From the NCBI RefSeq assembly GCF_036365525.1, contig NC_090390.1, positions 40,707,993-40,771,992 on the forward strand: a stretch of DNA of 64,000 bases. The letters run 5' to 3'. Made by a program: the position numbers and the translations under genes. The notes beneath the pieces were generated by a model. The model worked only from the letters and a program-made list of their open reading frames with translations. It was not told the origin of the DNA and ran no database searches. Of this stretch, positions 39,945 to 53,778 are shown in pieces; position 1 is the first letter of the stretch, and each line of letters begins with the position of its first letter. The DNA is from Heterodontus francisci (Eukaryota).

Positions 39945-40771
39945 TTCCTCTTTGGCCTCATTGTCTCGAGAGACAATGGGTAAGCGCCCAGTGGTTTGTG
40001 GAGCAGCGCCTGGAATGACTATAGAGGCCAATTCTAGAGTGACAAACTCTTCCACAGGCGCTGCAGATAAAATTGGTTGTCGGGGCTGTTACACAGTTGG
40101 CTCTCCCCTTGCACTTCTGCCTTTTTTTCTGCCAACTGCTAAGTCTCTTCGACTTGCCACTCTTTAGCCCCACCTTTGTGGCTGTCCGCCAGCTCTGACG
40201 ATCACTGACAACTGACTCCCATGACTTGTGGTCAATGTTACAGGACTTCATGTCGCGTTTGCAGACGTCTTTAAAGCGGAAACATGGACGGCTGGTGGGT
40301 CTGATACCAGTGACGGGCTCGCTGTAGAATGCGTACTTGGGGATCCTGCCATCTTCCATGCAGCTCACATGGCCAAGTCATCTCAAGCGCCGCTGGCTCA
40401 GTAGGGTGTATATGCTGGGGATGTTGGCTACCTCGAGGAATTCTACATTGGAGATACAGTCATGCCTCCTGATGCCAAGGATTCTTCGGAGGCAGCGAAG
40501 GTGGAATGAGTTGAGACGTCGCTCTTGGCTGACATACGTTGTCCAGACCTTACTGCCATAGAGCAAGGTACTGAGGACACAGGCTTGGTACACTCGGACT
40601 TTTGTGTTCCGTGTCAGTGCGCCATTTTCCCACACCCTTTTGGCCAGTCTGGACATAGCAGCGGACGCCTTTCCCATGCGCTTGTTGATTTCTGCATTGA
40701 GAGACAGGTTACTGGTGATAGTTAAGCCTAGGTAAGTGAACCCTTGAACCACTTCCAGAGTGTGGTCGCCA
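39945..40771 (-). mobile_element. 5'-truncated RTE-clade LINE
   Basis: FTYLG..I..EINKRMGKASAA, VYQACVLSTLLYGS, FHLRCLRRILGI, EDGRIPK and a C-terminal CxxC..H finger; degenerate TSD ACTAAAA(T/C)ACC. Confidence 0.92.
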
Positions 40772-40975
40772 CACTAAAACACCACAATTGTTTATTTATC
40801 ATAGGGCAATATTAAATATTTAACATGAATTAACAATGAAGTTAAATTAAACAGAACTACTGACACATTTTCTCCCATGTACTTATTAGCAATGGAAATT
40901 CGTTGCTTTTCATGGCAACCATTATTAAAAAAGCATAATCAGCATGGCTGATGCAGCATGCCAGATAACATTTGA

Positions 40976-41101
<126 letters not shown>

Positions 41102-41479
41102 GTTACAGAAGTGTAAAGTTAATCTTCAATAGAATTCACTCATTATGAATTTGACAGAGGAAAAAGGGAATTTTCATGTAAAATTTGATGATTTTTTAAA
41201 GCATATTGTTACAACGAGGTGAGAAAGGTCTTTTACTGTCTTTACCTGGTCTTATTGTAACAGGATTTAATTTTAAACACACCATATTTTTAGCTCCCCC
41301 TTGGTGAATCCTTGTTCACCACTTTCCAATTGTAAGGCAAAGAAATGAGCATAAACAGGCTTTCTTAGGTTTAAAGAAGAAAAATGAAATTTATTAAAAC
41401 TTAAACTCTAATATGGTTAACGCCTACAGATATACGATGCATCCACGCTATCATGAAAATAGGGACAGAAAAGAAGAAA

Positions 41480-41485
41480 AATAAA
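41480..41485 (+). promoter_or_regulatory. candidate polyadenylation signal for DNTT inside the antisense LTR
   Basis: First AATAAA after the stop codon (ATTAAA also at 41393); T/GT-rich sequence ~35-55 nt downstream. Use is unverified. Confidence 0.35.
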
Positions 41486-44400
41486 GTAGCAACGTTTGAG
41501 GCAATATCAGAAGAATTTCTTGTTTACTGTGCTTTGAGCTCACTGTAGTTCTTTTGTAAGTAGTCTTGCTTTTCGTTGGGGCCCAGTATTATTAAACCTT
41601 GTTCACTGTAGGAGACTTTACTGTCTTGGGGTTCACATGTCTTCAATGGGTCTTCAGTTCCGTTAGAAAGAGATGGGAGCAGACAGGAGAGAGATCTTTT
41701 CAGTCCAGGTGCAAAGAGCTTTCTGAGTTCTTTCTCCCAGCAAGTTCAAATTCAAAAAACTCCAACAGTCAGTTAGCCATGTGACTAAACTGGTCTGACC
41801 ACTTCTTCTGTGTATTGGGGAAGCAAGGACAGGGTCCCTTGTTCCAACACTGTCTGCTAGCATGCAAATGTCTTTCCAGTCAGGGGCTTGGCAATTCCTT
41901 GTGATAGGCCCTCTTTTCTTCCCAGCCACAATTTTAAGTTTTAATGTTCATGTGGCAAAATAATTTGTGCCTCAGTCTTGGCAGGCAGGGGCTTGCATGA
42001 AACCTCCACACTCAGGGGAATGAAATGCAATTTGAAAAAAAATAGCGCATTTCATTACAAGGTTTGAGAGAAATGTAAGATATAGAAAGAAAAACCATGC
42101 ATTTATCTTATTCATTTCCATTCATTCATCAAGCTTAAAGCTTATTAGAATAGTCTTTTCTGGGCGCCAGTGCTGCTTTAATTTCCCCCTTTTGTTTTAG
42201 GAGAGTGGCAGGTCTATCCTGAACTCTCTGAGTAATGCAAAGGCTTTTGATTTCAGGGGTAGGCTGGTTCCCTTTTCCTCTGACTTGGGGGAGGACTTTT
42301 TTATTAATCTCCCCTTTGTTCTCTGGGACACTCCTAACTGCAGGTATTTGTGTAGACTTGACTGCATTCTCCTGTGGCACTTCAACTAGGTGGGGCATCC
42401 CTTCATGGTTTCTGTGCCCCCTAGAGGTCTCTCTTTGTCTCTGCAGGTTCCTGTAAATGCTGTTAGCAACTCTGATGGGGTGCTTCTAGAGTCTGCCTTT
42501 ATTAAGGAGGATGTGGGGTTGGCTGACCATACAGTAGGGGTTTGCATCCGGGATTCCTCCCGGACTTCCTTTAACCTGCCCCCTTGGTTACCTTTTCCCC
42601 TTCTCTTTCTAAACTTTTGCCAGCCTTCTGCCTGCCTGTTCCCTTGTGTTCTCGGCGGGGGTCCCTTACAGTTTACCAGCTCTCTGCTGGAGGGTCCTCC
42701 TAACACCGGTACAGGACTTAGGGGTGAAGGTTTCACTGTAGGTTGGGGTTTCCCCGCAACCTGGCACATGTGGCAACTCTTGCAGTACTCCACCACATCT
42801 TTGTGGAGTTTTGGCCAGTCAACCTGCTGTCTTATGTGGGCTTTGATCTTTCATATACCGGCATGTACAGTCACTGTAGTCTTGTGGGCCCTTCTTAATA
42901 TTTCTCCCCGGTACCTCTGTGGCAACACTAACTGGTGAACTACTGTCCACTCCTTGCCCTCAGGTCTGTGAGGAGAACTCCATTTCCTCATCAGTACCTC
43001 ATTCTTTAAATAGTAGCAGTCAGGGATTCCCTCTGCTTCACTTTCAGACTGGGCAGTGTGTGCTAACTCTCACAATACTGGTTTGGCTCGCTGAGCCTCA
43101 CCGAGGGAAAATCAATTTAATTCATTCCCTGGGTCTCCTAACTTTCCAAAGAAAGTCTCAGACAGACAGACCTCCTGGTCATCTGCCTGCAGTGCCAATG
43201 CAGTCTCCTCTGGGGGAGCTGGTTTGATCATGGCCTGATCCATTACACATTCAGGGAAATTGCAGGGAATTTCCTGCAGTCTTTCTTTCACTAATGGAGG
43301 GGGGTGGCGCTACCATCTTCACCCCCGCCAGATCCTTACCTAGGAGCAGGTCAACCCTGTTCACAGACAAACTAGGGACAATCCCTACGGTCACTGTTCC
43401 CAAAACTAGACTGCCCTCCAATACCATTCACCACCATTTTGGTGTTCACCTCACTCTCTGGGGGAAAGGTCAGGCCTTTTCCCAGTAAAAGGGATCTAAT
43501 CACCCCTGTGTCCCTGAGAATCACTATGGGCTTGCTTGCCCCAGTCGAGCGGTATGGGGTTATTTTCCCTTCAGACACGAAACCCTGATAACCTTCAGGA
43601 ATCCTATTAACTTTTCCTGCACTGGCTGTAGTAAGCTTCCTAGTTTACACTCTTACTGCAGTTAAAGCCACAGCTTATTCTGTGTTTTCAGGGTCCTGTC
43701 TTCACTGAGCGGGTATACCCTGATTAACCCTAGCAGTTTTCCCTTTAGTTTCCAGCAGTCAGCTTTTAAATGCCCTGCTTTATTACAATGGAAGCACGCA
43801 GGTCTCCAGGTCTCACTCTTGCTCACAACACCTTCCCTTTTGGTTGGAGGAGGGCCCCCTGTGTCTCCTGCTTTCCTTTCTCTTCCAGGACTGCCTGGGC
43901 TTCTATCACCTTCCCATCCTTTGTCCCTTTCAGATTTGTAAAGGTGATTAGGAAAGGTTCTCCCCTGGGAAACCGACTTATATAAATTAAAGCAAACTCA
44001 TCGGCCAGAACAGCTGCTTGCTGGGCTCCCTAAACCCGCTGCTCCTCTACATGGGTCTTTCTGGAGAGTGGAAGAGAGTTTTTAAACTCCTCTAGCAGGA
44101 TTACTTCTCTGAGATTCTCATAGCTGAGCTTTACTTTAAGAGCCCTCAGTCACTGGCCAAAAGCCAGCTGCTTACTTCTTTCACACTCCAGATAAGTTTG
44201 ATTAGCTTCCTTTTTGAGGGTTCTAAACTTTTGGTGATAGGCTTCGGGTACTAATTCATATGCCCCGAGGATAGCATTTTTGGTCAGTTCATAATTTGAT
44301 GAACTGTCATCTGGCAACAAGGAATAAACCTCATGGGCTTTTCTGCTTAGTTTGCTTTGCAATAAGAGAGACCATTTTAGCTGCCTTGCCAGTTTCTCAA

Positions 44401-45192
44401 AAGACACAAAAAATACTTCCACATCTTCCTCATTGAAGTTTGCAATTAATCGAGCAAGTTTTAGCAATTTTGTACCCAGCCCTGAATTTTGCTCCTTCAC
44501 ATTGGCCATGCTTTCACTGGAGTTACTCTGTCAACCCCTAGCTAACTCAAGCTGCTTCAGTTCGTTCTTTCTTTGGATTCTTTCTGGAATATTCTTTCTC
44601 TCTCTCTCCTGCCTTTCATTCTCTTCACGTTCCTTTTGCAAGGCTCACTCTTTCTCCCTCTCCTGCCTCTCTCTTTTTCCTGTCTCTCGTTTTCTTTTTC
44701 CTCTAATTCAAGATTCCTTTGTTCCAATTGTAACTTTTCTAGCAGTACCCTTTCTGGGTCTGCTTCTAACACTGCTTCTGCATCTTCAGATTCAAGGGAA
44801 AAATGGTTGGCCACCAGCCTTAGGAGCTCAGACGTCCTAGCCTTGTCACGTATAGTGATCCCACACTGCTCAGCCATTTTTCTCAGCTCTTCCATAGACA
44901 TTGCTTTTAACTTATCCCAAGTTACTTCACCCTGGCTTGGAGAGCTACACGCTTCATTTGCAGACATGTTAGTATTGAATAACACATAACTAAAAGAAAA
45001 CCTGTATTAATATTGCTCTTTTTTTGATTGGGATCAATTTGGCTTCCCACTTCAATTTCTCTTGTTTGTCTGTGGGTAAAATCGGGAATGTTAGCAGCCA
45101 AATTCCTGTTACAACCACGTGAGAAAGCTGTCCAGGGGTCTTTTACTGTCTTCACCTGGTCTTATTGTTATGGGATTTAATTTTAAACACAC

Positions 45193-45930
45193 AGGCCGAA
45201 ATTTTCCTCCACCCCAGCGAGCCAGATGGCGCCAGGGGGGGCGTAAAATTGAGCTGGATGCTCTGGGATGCCTTCCCGACCCGCTCCTGCCTCCACCCCA
45301 CTTTACAAAGGACGAGGGGGAGTGAAAAACGGTCCGGCCACCCCAGGCCAATCAAGGCCCCTAAATGGCCACTTAACGGCCACTTAAGTGCTTTCGCCCT
45401 CCTCCACGGGGATTTTACCTGTGGCAAACAGGCATCCTAGAGCCGGGAAAGACCGCCCAATGAGAGTTGTCGGCCTCTCCGTGACCTGGGGAGTGGGGGC
45501 CCTGATAAACGGGCACAAGGTGCCCGATTGAGAGCACCCCACTTCCCCAACCACCCCCAGGATCCAAGACGCCCCCCTTCCCCCCAAATGACCACCCATG
45601 CCTCGCTGGGGCCCAAGCAATTACCCCGGCGAGGCAATCCAAACTTACCTGCAGTCCTGGCTCCATGTCCTCAGCTGGGCTGCAGTCCCAGCAGTGGCCA
45701 CCACTACCTGTGGCGCGGGCTGTGACTAAGAGCTGCCGGCCTGATGATTGGCTGGTAGTTCATTGAGACGAGACTTCCTCCCTCAAGTGGGTGGAAGTCC
45801 CGCCTCGGAATAGTTAAATCCCGAGGACCCGTAAAATGCGGGATGGATCCCCGGGCTAGGCAGAAGCGGGTTCACCACCAACTTTTATGTCGATGGCCAG
45901 CTCCCATCCACCCGACGTAAAATCCAGCCC
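45193..45930. mobile_element. Harbinger-type MITE inserted into the 5' LTR of the Gypsy element
   Basis: AGGCCGAAATTTT ... GTAAAATCCAGCCC; LTR sequence is contiguous on either side when compared with the other LTR copies. Confidence 0.88.
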
Positions 45931-46599
45931 ACTGTGTTTTGAGCTCCCCCTTGGCGAATCCTTGTTCACCACTTTCCAATTATACGGCAAGGAAATGAGC
46001 ATAACAGGATTTCTTAGGTTTAAAGAAGAAAAGTGAAATTTATTAAAACTTAAATTTAAACTCTAATATGGTTAATGCCTACAGATATACGACGCGCCCA
46101 CGCTAGCATGCACACACAATACACACATACAAATAGAGACAGAAAAGAGCAGAAGAAAAATAAAGTAGAGAAGTTTGAGGCAATATGAAAATAGTTTCTT
46201 GTTTACTGTGCTTTGAGCTCACTGTAGTCCTTTTGTAAGTAGTCTTGCTTTTCGTTGGGGCTCAGTATTCTTCTTAAACCTTGTTCACTGTAGGAGACTT
46301 TTCTCTCTTGGGGTTCATGTGTCTTCAATGGGTCTTCAGTTCCGTGAGAAAGAGATGGGAGAGACAGGAGAGAGGACTATTCAGTCCAGGTACAAAGAGC
46401 TTTCTGAGATCATGACAACATTGATTTGTAAATAGGCAAGTGCAACTTTAGTTGTCACCACTGAGATTGGGAAGTATAAATACAGGTGTCCAGCAGTAGA
46501 AAAATGATACTACATAAACTGCAAATTAAACTATTTTGTGGAAAAGGATCTTAATTTACTGAACTCTTCAACATTGCATTGTGAAACTGATTAAGACTT

Positions 46600-46800
46600 A
46601 GGAACATAGGACAAAGCATAGTTTATTCAGCCCCTCTAGCTTATTCCACCTTTCAGTTGGGTCATGGCTGATCTGTACATCTACTCTATTTACCCACCTT
46701 TGATTCATATCCCTTGATCTGCTTACCTAATAAAAATCTATCAATCTCAGGCTTGATAATTTCAATTCACCCAGGATCTGCAGCCTTCTTGGGGAGTGGG
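46600..46800 (-). mobile_element. old CR1 3' fragment
   Basis: TAGGAACATAGG tail and TCATGGCTGATCT 3' UTR motif. Confidence 0.6.
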
Positions 46801-48179
46801 TTATACATTTCTTTTTGGCGGATATGGTGGAAAGCCTCAAAGTACATATTAAAGAATAATTTATTGTTTTCTCCCATTACTACCAGTTCTTATAAAAATG
46901 GTATAAATAACTCAAAATTTTGATTTTTCCCCTCATAGTTACATGCTGAATATTGTAAATATTTCGGAATTTATACATCATGCATTTTTATACAGAGTCC
47001 TGTAGATCTCTTAATAATGTTCCATATGTTATTTTGAATTGTTTTTCTCAGTATTATGGTATCACACATTATGAAAGTAATGGTGTGGGCAGAAGTCCAA
47101 ATTTTAAAGCTAATATTATTTTTGAATACACGTCCACAATTTCTATTAATTATATCAGCACTTGATGTATACATTGTATATCTGTGCCAAATAACTGAAA
47201 TAACAATCTAAATAAGCAGGTTATGTATAACTCTCAAATAGTTCCAAAGATATTAATTCATGGTGGAAAAGCTATAAGGCTGATACAAAGGAACTATTTC
47301 TGCAGTTTTCATTTTTTAAACATTATTGCATTTTAGACTTTCTGTGATATTCTATATTGTCTCTTAATGTGCATTTACTAAAAATCCTTCACATTTTAGA
47401 TTGAATGTATTTTTTACACATTTGTCATTAACGGGTAAACTGCCCAGAATATGACAAAAATACAAGTTCTGCCTTGACTCGTAATAAATATAGTTTATGG
47501 TAATTAGCTCCATTTACAGTAACAAATCACAACGATTGGGTTATACATCCATCTTAGCAATTTATACCCCATAACTAACATCATTTTGTTCAGTCTAAAA
47601 TTATTTAATAGTAGTTGAAAATTCAAAATGTAAAGTGACATTAATGGAATACAGATACGAACAGAGGAAAAATGAATGATTTATGTTAGGATTAAGGGTC
47701 TGTATTTCAATGCATGTCTGTAGATTGCCTCGTACAAATTCAGTACTGTGGAAGGGGTTGAAATTTGTATATGATGCGCCTGTTTCTCGGGTGTAAAATT
47801 GATGTAATGCTGACCAATTTCACAGTGGGATGGCCTATGTCCAATCTGCACAGGCTTTCGGCCCACTGCTAAACTTGCCAGGCCCATTTTATAAGTTAAG
47901 TAACTGAAACAGGAATTTGGTCCCTTGTGTATGTTAAGTAGTGGCCTAATGCCTGTTGAAGAACCCCTGTGCCAAATTGAACTGCTCAAAGGCCTTCAAT
48001 GCGGCCTAGCAAACAGCTGCCACTGAAAGGTTAGGTAACAATTCTCTCCCAGCTCCATAGCAATCCTGATGACCACTGCTGGCTTCAATCTGAGGGCCAA
48101 TCTTGAATCCTTCTCTCAGGTGAGTTTCATGTGGAGGCATGACAGACAGTGGTAGTTCCTCCTGAATTTGTAGATAAGT

Positions 48180-48885
48180 CCTAGGAACATAGGAGCAGGA
48201 GCAGGCCATACAGCCTATCAAGCCTGCCTCGCCATTCAATACGATCATTGCTGATCATCCACTTCAATGCCTTTTTCCCACACTATCCTCATATCCCCTT
48301 ATGTCACTGGTATTTAGAAATCTGTCAATCTCTGCTTTAAACATACTTAATGACTGAGCTTCCACAGCTGTCTGAGGTAGAAAATTCCAAAGATTTACGA
48401 CCCTCTGAGTAAAGAAATTTCTCCTCATCTTTGTCCTAAGTGGCTTCCCCCTTATTTTGAAATTGTGCCCCCTGGTTCTAGACTCCCTAACCAGAGGAAA
48501 CATCTTAGCTGCATCTACCCTGCCTATCCCTTTAAGTATTTTGTAGGTTTCAATGAGATCACCTCTCATTCTTCGAAACGCAAGAGAATACAGGCCCAGT
48601 TTCCCCAATCTCCCTTCATAGGACAGTCCCGCCATCCTGGGAACAAGTCTGGTGAACCTTCATTGCATTCCCTCTATGGCAATAATATCCTTCATTTGGT
48701 AAGGGGACCAAAACTGCACGCAGTATTCCAGGTGCGGTCTAAGCGAGGTTCTATAGAATTGAAGCAAGACTTCACTACTTCTGTTCTCAAATCCTCTTGC
48801 GATGAAGGCTAACATACTATTCGCCTTCTTAATTGCTTGCTGCACCTGCATGTTAGCTTTATTGACAAGGACAGCCAGGTCCCAC
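48180..48885 (-). mobile_element. 5'-truncated CR1 LINE
   Basis: MQVQQAIKKANSMLAFIARG, RPHLEYCVQFWSPY, RRMRGDLIETYKIL; CR1 3' UTR. Confidence 0.93.
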
Positions 48886-49233
48886 TCTGAGCGATCCTCA
48901 GGCCTTTATCTTTCTTTATCTGCAGTGGCTAGTCTGGGCCCCAAAAACTGACCTAGATGAAAAAATATTCCTGTTACTTTCAAGATTCTAAGTCTTCATA
49001 AATGCACATTTTTATTATTAATCTGCCACTCAGTTTACAAATGCTTTAAATGCTAATAGAAAAAAGCCAAGTGTGTAAATTCCACTTGCCATCAGTTAGT
49101 AAGTGACACATCTAAGCATCTTTCTACAAGGAATGGAGATGGAGTGATGCAATTAGATAGAATTTTTCCTTGTCATGGCAAAGACCCAAGTCCACTCCCA
49201 GTTCAGGCTGATGGAATCACAGTGCTCGTTCGT

Positions 49234-49305
49234 TCTCTCTCTCTCTCTCTCTCTCGTCTACCGCACCCCCCACCCCACCCCCACCCCCCCCTCCCACACC
49301 CCACC
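49234..49305. repeat. (CT)n microsatellite followed by C-rich tract
   Basis: About 11 CT units, then CCCCA-like repeats. Confidence 0.8.
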
Positions 49306-49984
49306 ACATCTCTTTCCTAGAAAACCTCAACCCAGCTACTAGTGGGCATGAATCTATGTCAGAAACTGACTATAATTAGCAACTATTTAACTACTCAGAT
49401 TTTCAAAATTTACATATTATTCTGTGCTTTTCTTTCAATTGTTGTAATATTTGTGACTGCAACAGTACTTCGTGTATGATTTTCATTGTGATCTCTGAGA
49501 ATTTTAAAACTATTTTATTCAAATTTGGCAATTAATACTTCCTTTGGATTACTGTTAGAGTCCTAATTCAAGTGGTGCTATGAAACCTCATCGTCATTTC
49601 AAGGTGCCAATAAATCTATTGAACAAAGTGGGTCAGAAGAAATTCTGGACACCTCATTCTCTAATTTCCATAAATTATCCAAACTGTAATTACTATGAAC
49701 TGTTTTTACAATAGTTTTAAGGACAGAGGATGGTGAATGAAAAACCTTTGAGTAGAACAGTTCAATTAAACACAAACAGCATTTCCGGAAACCTGTTCCT
49801 TCCACAAACTATGTGCAATTCAGCCTATCATAGATTCTACAACTCATTTAATCTCTCAAGGAAAAATGCTGCCAGAAGTTTTCCCCGTCTCCCAAAGTTC
49901 AGGTTATTAATATATATCAAAATGAGCAGTGGCTCTAATTCTGATACCTAGGGAACACTACTGTATACTTCTCTCCAGTCAGAT

Positions 49985-50610
49985 AACCAACTGGTCACCA
50001 TTACTCTCTGCTTTCTGTCTCTTCGCCAATTTTTGAACCAAATTGCCATTGCCTAAGTTTATTATGTGGCACTGTTTCAACCACCGTTTGAAAGTCCATA
50101 TACACAACATCAGCTGCACATACTCATCCACACTCTCTGTTATTTCATAGAAGAACTCAGTTATGTTTGTCAAACATGATTTGTTTTAAAAATCTATGTT
50201 GGCTGTCATTTATTGACCCATGCACTTCTGTGACAATTAATTTTGTCCCAGATTATGGTCTATAGAACCTATAGTTTCCCCATCGCCAATGTTAGGCTGA
50301 CTGGCCTGTAGTTATCGCGTTTATCCCTCTCCCCTGTTTTGAACAGGGCTGTAACACTTGCGACCCTCCATTCCTCTAACACTACTGCCATATCCAAGGT
50401 GAATTCAAAGATTGCGGCCAGAGCCTTACATCTCTCAGTAATCTAGGATGCATCCCGTCAGTCCCTGGGGACTTTCTAGTTTGAGCAGTGACAATCTTTA
50501 AAGTGCCACTTGTTTATCTATTTTATCATATCCAATTTCTCTGACACATCCTCCTTTACTGTGACATTGGCAGCAACCTCTTCTTTTGTGAAGACAGATG
50601 CAACGAACTG
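49985..50610 (-). mobile_element. highly decayed CR1 RT-region fragment
   Basis: TNITEFFYEITESVD, NYRPVSLT (GTTAGGCTGACTGGCCTGTAGTT) and FVASVFTKEE remnants. Confidence 0.75.
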
Positions 50611-52303
50611 TTACATCTCTCTAATAAATGTTTGGTAATGAAACATTCAATGTTCTGAACATTCTGTATTCAACTCTTTTGGTCAAAAGTTGATGTTGCA
50701 TGAACCTCTTTGAAAACACCAATGTTACAGTAGTAGAATCTAATTCAAAATAATGTTATTGCTTTCAGTTTTTAAAAGAATTACTGCGCCCCTTACCCTA
50801 GGTATCTGCGCCATGTGTTGCTGCAATGAGCAATAAAGCGCAAGAAATCTCCAGGTTTCGTTCTTGATCTGTGCTGTTCTCAGTTGGGGAAAGACACAAT
50901 GGCCTTTTTACATGTGATATAATTCTAACATGATAATTGGTGGTTGAGAATATGACAACTGGTTTTGTTGCCCCCAAACTAGGGAGGTAGAAAGAACATC
51001 TGGCAGGATGCCTGCCAGAGTTGCTATTCGATGAATTCTGTTGGAAGTCCCCATATATTGACCCAGGTACAACATCAACTTGGTTGTGGTGGCTGTGAAA
51101 GTTAACAGATCTATCAACTATTTGATAGAAAGGCCATATTTAATTCCTTTCAATTTTAGACTGAATTGTTGAACTCTCCTGAGAACATGCTATATAACCT
51201 CTCCTTGGCTCAGCCAAGTAAATATTGAAAGAGTCAGGCTCATTGAACCTATCTCACATCTTGCTATCCGTCTTATCAAGTAGCAGGCCATTATTGTGCG
51301 GGAAATGCTTGTAGAGAAGCTCCAGCTGCAGTGCACTGAAAGATAACATTTTTAATGCTGTAATCTGGACAATGTTGCTGATCTTTTAAATTGCTGACAC
51401 AATAAAGATTTAAACAAATACTTTTGTGTTTCTGTAGCTGATATTATGCACTATTTGGAAGTCTGATTAAGAATGTAGCTCTATAAGGAGGATATGGAAA
51501 TCAGCTTTTATTTCAGGTACAAATATGACAAAATGCTTTTTAAATTAAAAAGTAGTTGAAAACAACTAGACTCAATGGAAATTCATGGAGAAAGGCAACT
51601 TGGGAGCTAAAATGGGACAACGATTCCTATTTAAGATGTAAACAGAGTTACTGTTTAAGATTTTGTTCAAAATTGCAAAAAGTAATTTTCCCAGAGAATG
51701 TTGAAATGAGCATAAATTTGCCACTTCTGTGCTCCCAGTATCTAGATTTAACCCCTGGAATGCCTGTCACGAATCATTCACTTGCAGCTTTTCTGCATTC
51801 ATCTATTTGTGTTAAGGGATGGAAAATCAGGAACTGTTGAGATTAGATTTCCTGGTATCAAATCCTAACAAGCATGGTTTCACACCAGGAGGACTAATGT
51901 GGAAAATTTAACAAATAACGTCAAAACCCGGTTAACACTTTCAGATAAATGAGCCAATTCTTTTAAACTGACGCAAGGGGGTCTTAACAGCCTGGCTTTT
52001 GTGGTAGTAATGATAGCGAAACTGCCAGTGTTCACCATCATTCCTCCTCTGAAACTGACGGCAGTTTCGGGAGTCTACACATATGCAGTTGAATGTGGAA
52101 ATGCTGTAAGTGATTCTACTCTTCTCCATAGGGTGCATTGTGGAAGTCCCTGCAGATTGTAATCAATTAGATATCACTGAACTGGCGTGAACCAGCCCTT
52201 TTATGCTCTTAGTCTAGCTGTAAAAACCTTTTAAAAAGTTAATAAAAACAAGAAATGCTGGAAATACCCAGCAGGTCTGGCAGCATCTGTGGAGAGAGAA
52301 GCA

Positions 52304-52342
52304 GAGTTAATGTTTCAAGTCACATGACCCTTCTTCAGAACT
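52304..52342 (-). ncRNA. minimal type I hammerhead ribozyme motif (inverted pLTR copy)
   Basis: Minus strand AGTT-CTGAAGA-agggtcatgtgactt-GAAACATT-AACT. Confidence 0.7.
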
Positions 52343-53740
52343 AGCAAATATTAAAAATGTAAAACGTTATAAGCAAGTAAAGCAGGGGTGGGGCAAGAGA
52401 TAACAAAGGAGAAGGTGTAAATAGGACAAGGTCACAGAATAGCTGACCAGAAGGTCGTGGAGCAAAGGCAAACAATATGTTAATGGTGCGTTGAAAGACA
52501 AAGCCTTAGTACAGATGGGGTGTTAATGGACTGAAAATTGAACAGCCGCAAGTACAAACATGAAAAAAAACAGTGGGTAAGCAAACTGAACAAACTAAGA
52601 TGAAATAAAATAAAACACAAAAAAACATTTTTTAAAACGAAACAGAAAAAATAACTGAAAATGAAAGTAAAATGGGGGGCCCGTCATGCTCTGAAATTAC
52701 TGAACTCAGTGCTCAGTCCGGCAGGCTGTAGTGTGCCTAATCGGTAAATGAGATGCTGTTCCTCCAGCTTGCGTTGATGTGGAAAGTGACTTTCCACCCC
52801 ATCAGCCTCCAGATCCAAAGGATCATCCTCCGCCATTTCTGCCACCTCCAGCGTGATGCCACTACCAAACGCATCTTCCCCTCCCTTCCCTTGTCAGCAT
52901 TCCGAAGGGATCATTCCCTCCGTGACACCCTGGTCCACTCCTCCATTACCCCCACCACCTTGTCCCCTTCCCACGGCACCTTCTCCAGCAATCGCAGGAG
53001 GTGTAATACCTGTCCATTTACCTCCTCTCTCCTCACTATCCCAGGTCCCAAACATTCCTTTCAGGTGAAGCAGCAATTTACTTGTACTTCTTTCAATGTA
53101 GTATACTGTATTCGCTTCTCACAATGTGGTCTCCTCTACATTGGCGAGACCAAACGCAGACTGGGTGACTGCTTTGCGGAACACCTCCGCTCAGTCCGTA
53201 AGCATGACCCCGAGCTTCCGGTTGCTGGCCATTTCAACACTTCCCCCTCCTCTCATGCTCACATCTCTGTCCTGGGATTGCTGCAGTGCTCCAGTGAACA
53301 TCAACGCAAGCTCGAGGAACAGCATCTCATTTAACGATTAGGCACACTACAGCCTGCCGGACTGAACATTGAGTTCAATAATTTCAGAGCATGATGGGCC
53401 CCCCATTTTGCTTTCATTTTCAGTTATTTTTTTCTTTTTCCTTTTTTAAATATTTTTTTTGTGTTTATTTTGTTTTATTTCATCTTAGTTTGTTCAGTTT
53501 GCTTACCCACTGTTTTTTTTCAGGTTTGCACTTGCTGCTGTTCAATTTTCAGTACATTAACACCCCATCTGTACTAAGGCGTTGTCTTTCAACACACCAT
53601 TAACATATTGTTTGCCTTTGCTCCACGACCTTCTGGTCAGCTATTCTGTGACCTTGTCCTATTTACACCTTCTCCTTTGTTATCTCTTGCCCCACCCCCG
53701 CTTTACTTGCTTATAATCTTTTACATTTCTAATATTTGCT

Positions 53741-53778
53741 AGTTCTGAAGAAGGGTCACTGACTTGAAACATTAACTC
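53741..53778 (+). ncRNA. minimal type I hammerhead ribozyme motif
   Basis: AGTT-CTGAAGA-agggtcactgactt-GAAACATT-AACT: stem I AGTT/AACT, CUGANGA and GAAA cores. Confidence 0.72.

Larger units (their letters stand above)
41207..46417 (-). mobile_element. Gmr1-like Ty3/Gypsy LTR retrotransposon, internally deleted (gag, protease, start of integrase; no RT/RNase H)
   Basis: LTRs 41207-42002 and 45107-46417; flanks ATAT/ACAT; gag (FFVSFEKLARQLKW, AILGAYELVPEAYHQKFR), CCHC knuckle CFHCNKAGHLKADC (~43755-43796), protease ILRDTG, then integrase zinc region YCKSCHMCQVAGKP directly after the protease. Confidence 0.92.

Noticed and set aside
44150-44985. Host SCAN-domain or coiled-coil gene
   Set aside because: Lies between LTRs with knuckle and protease downstream; decayed gag.
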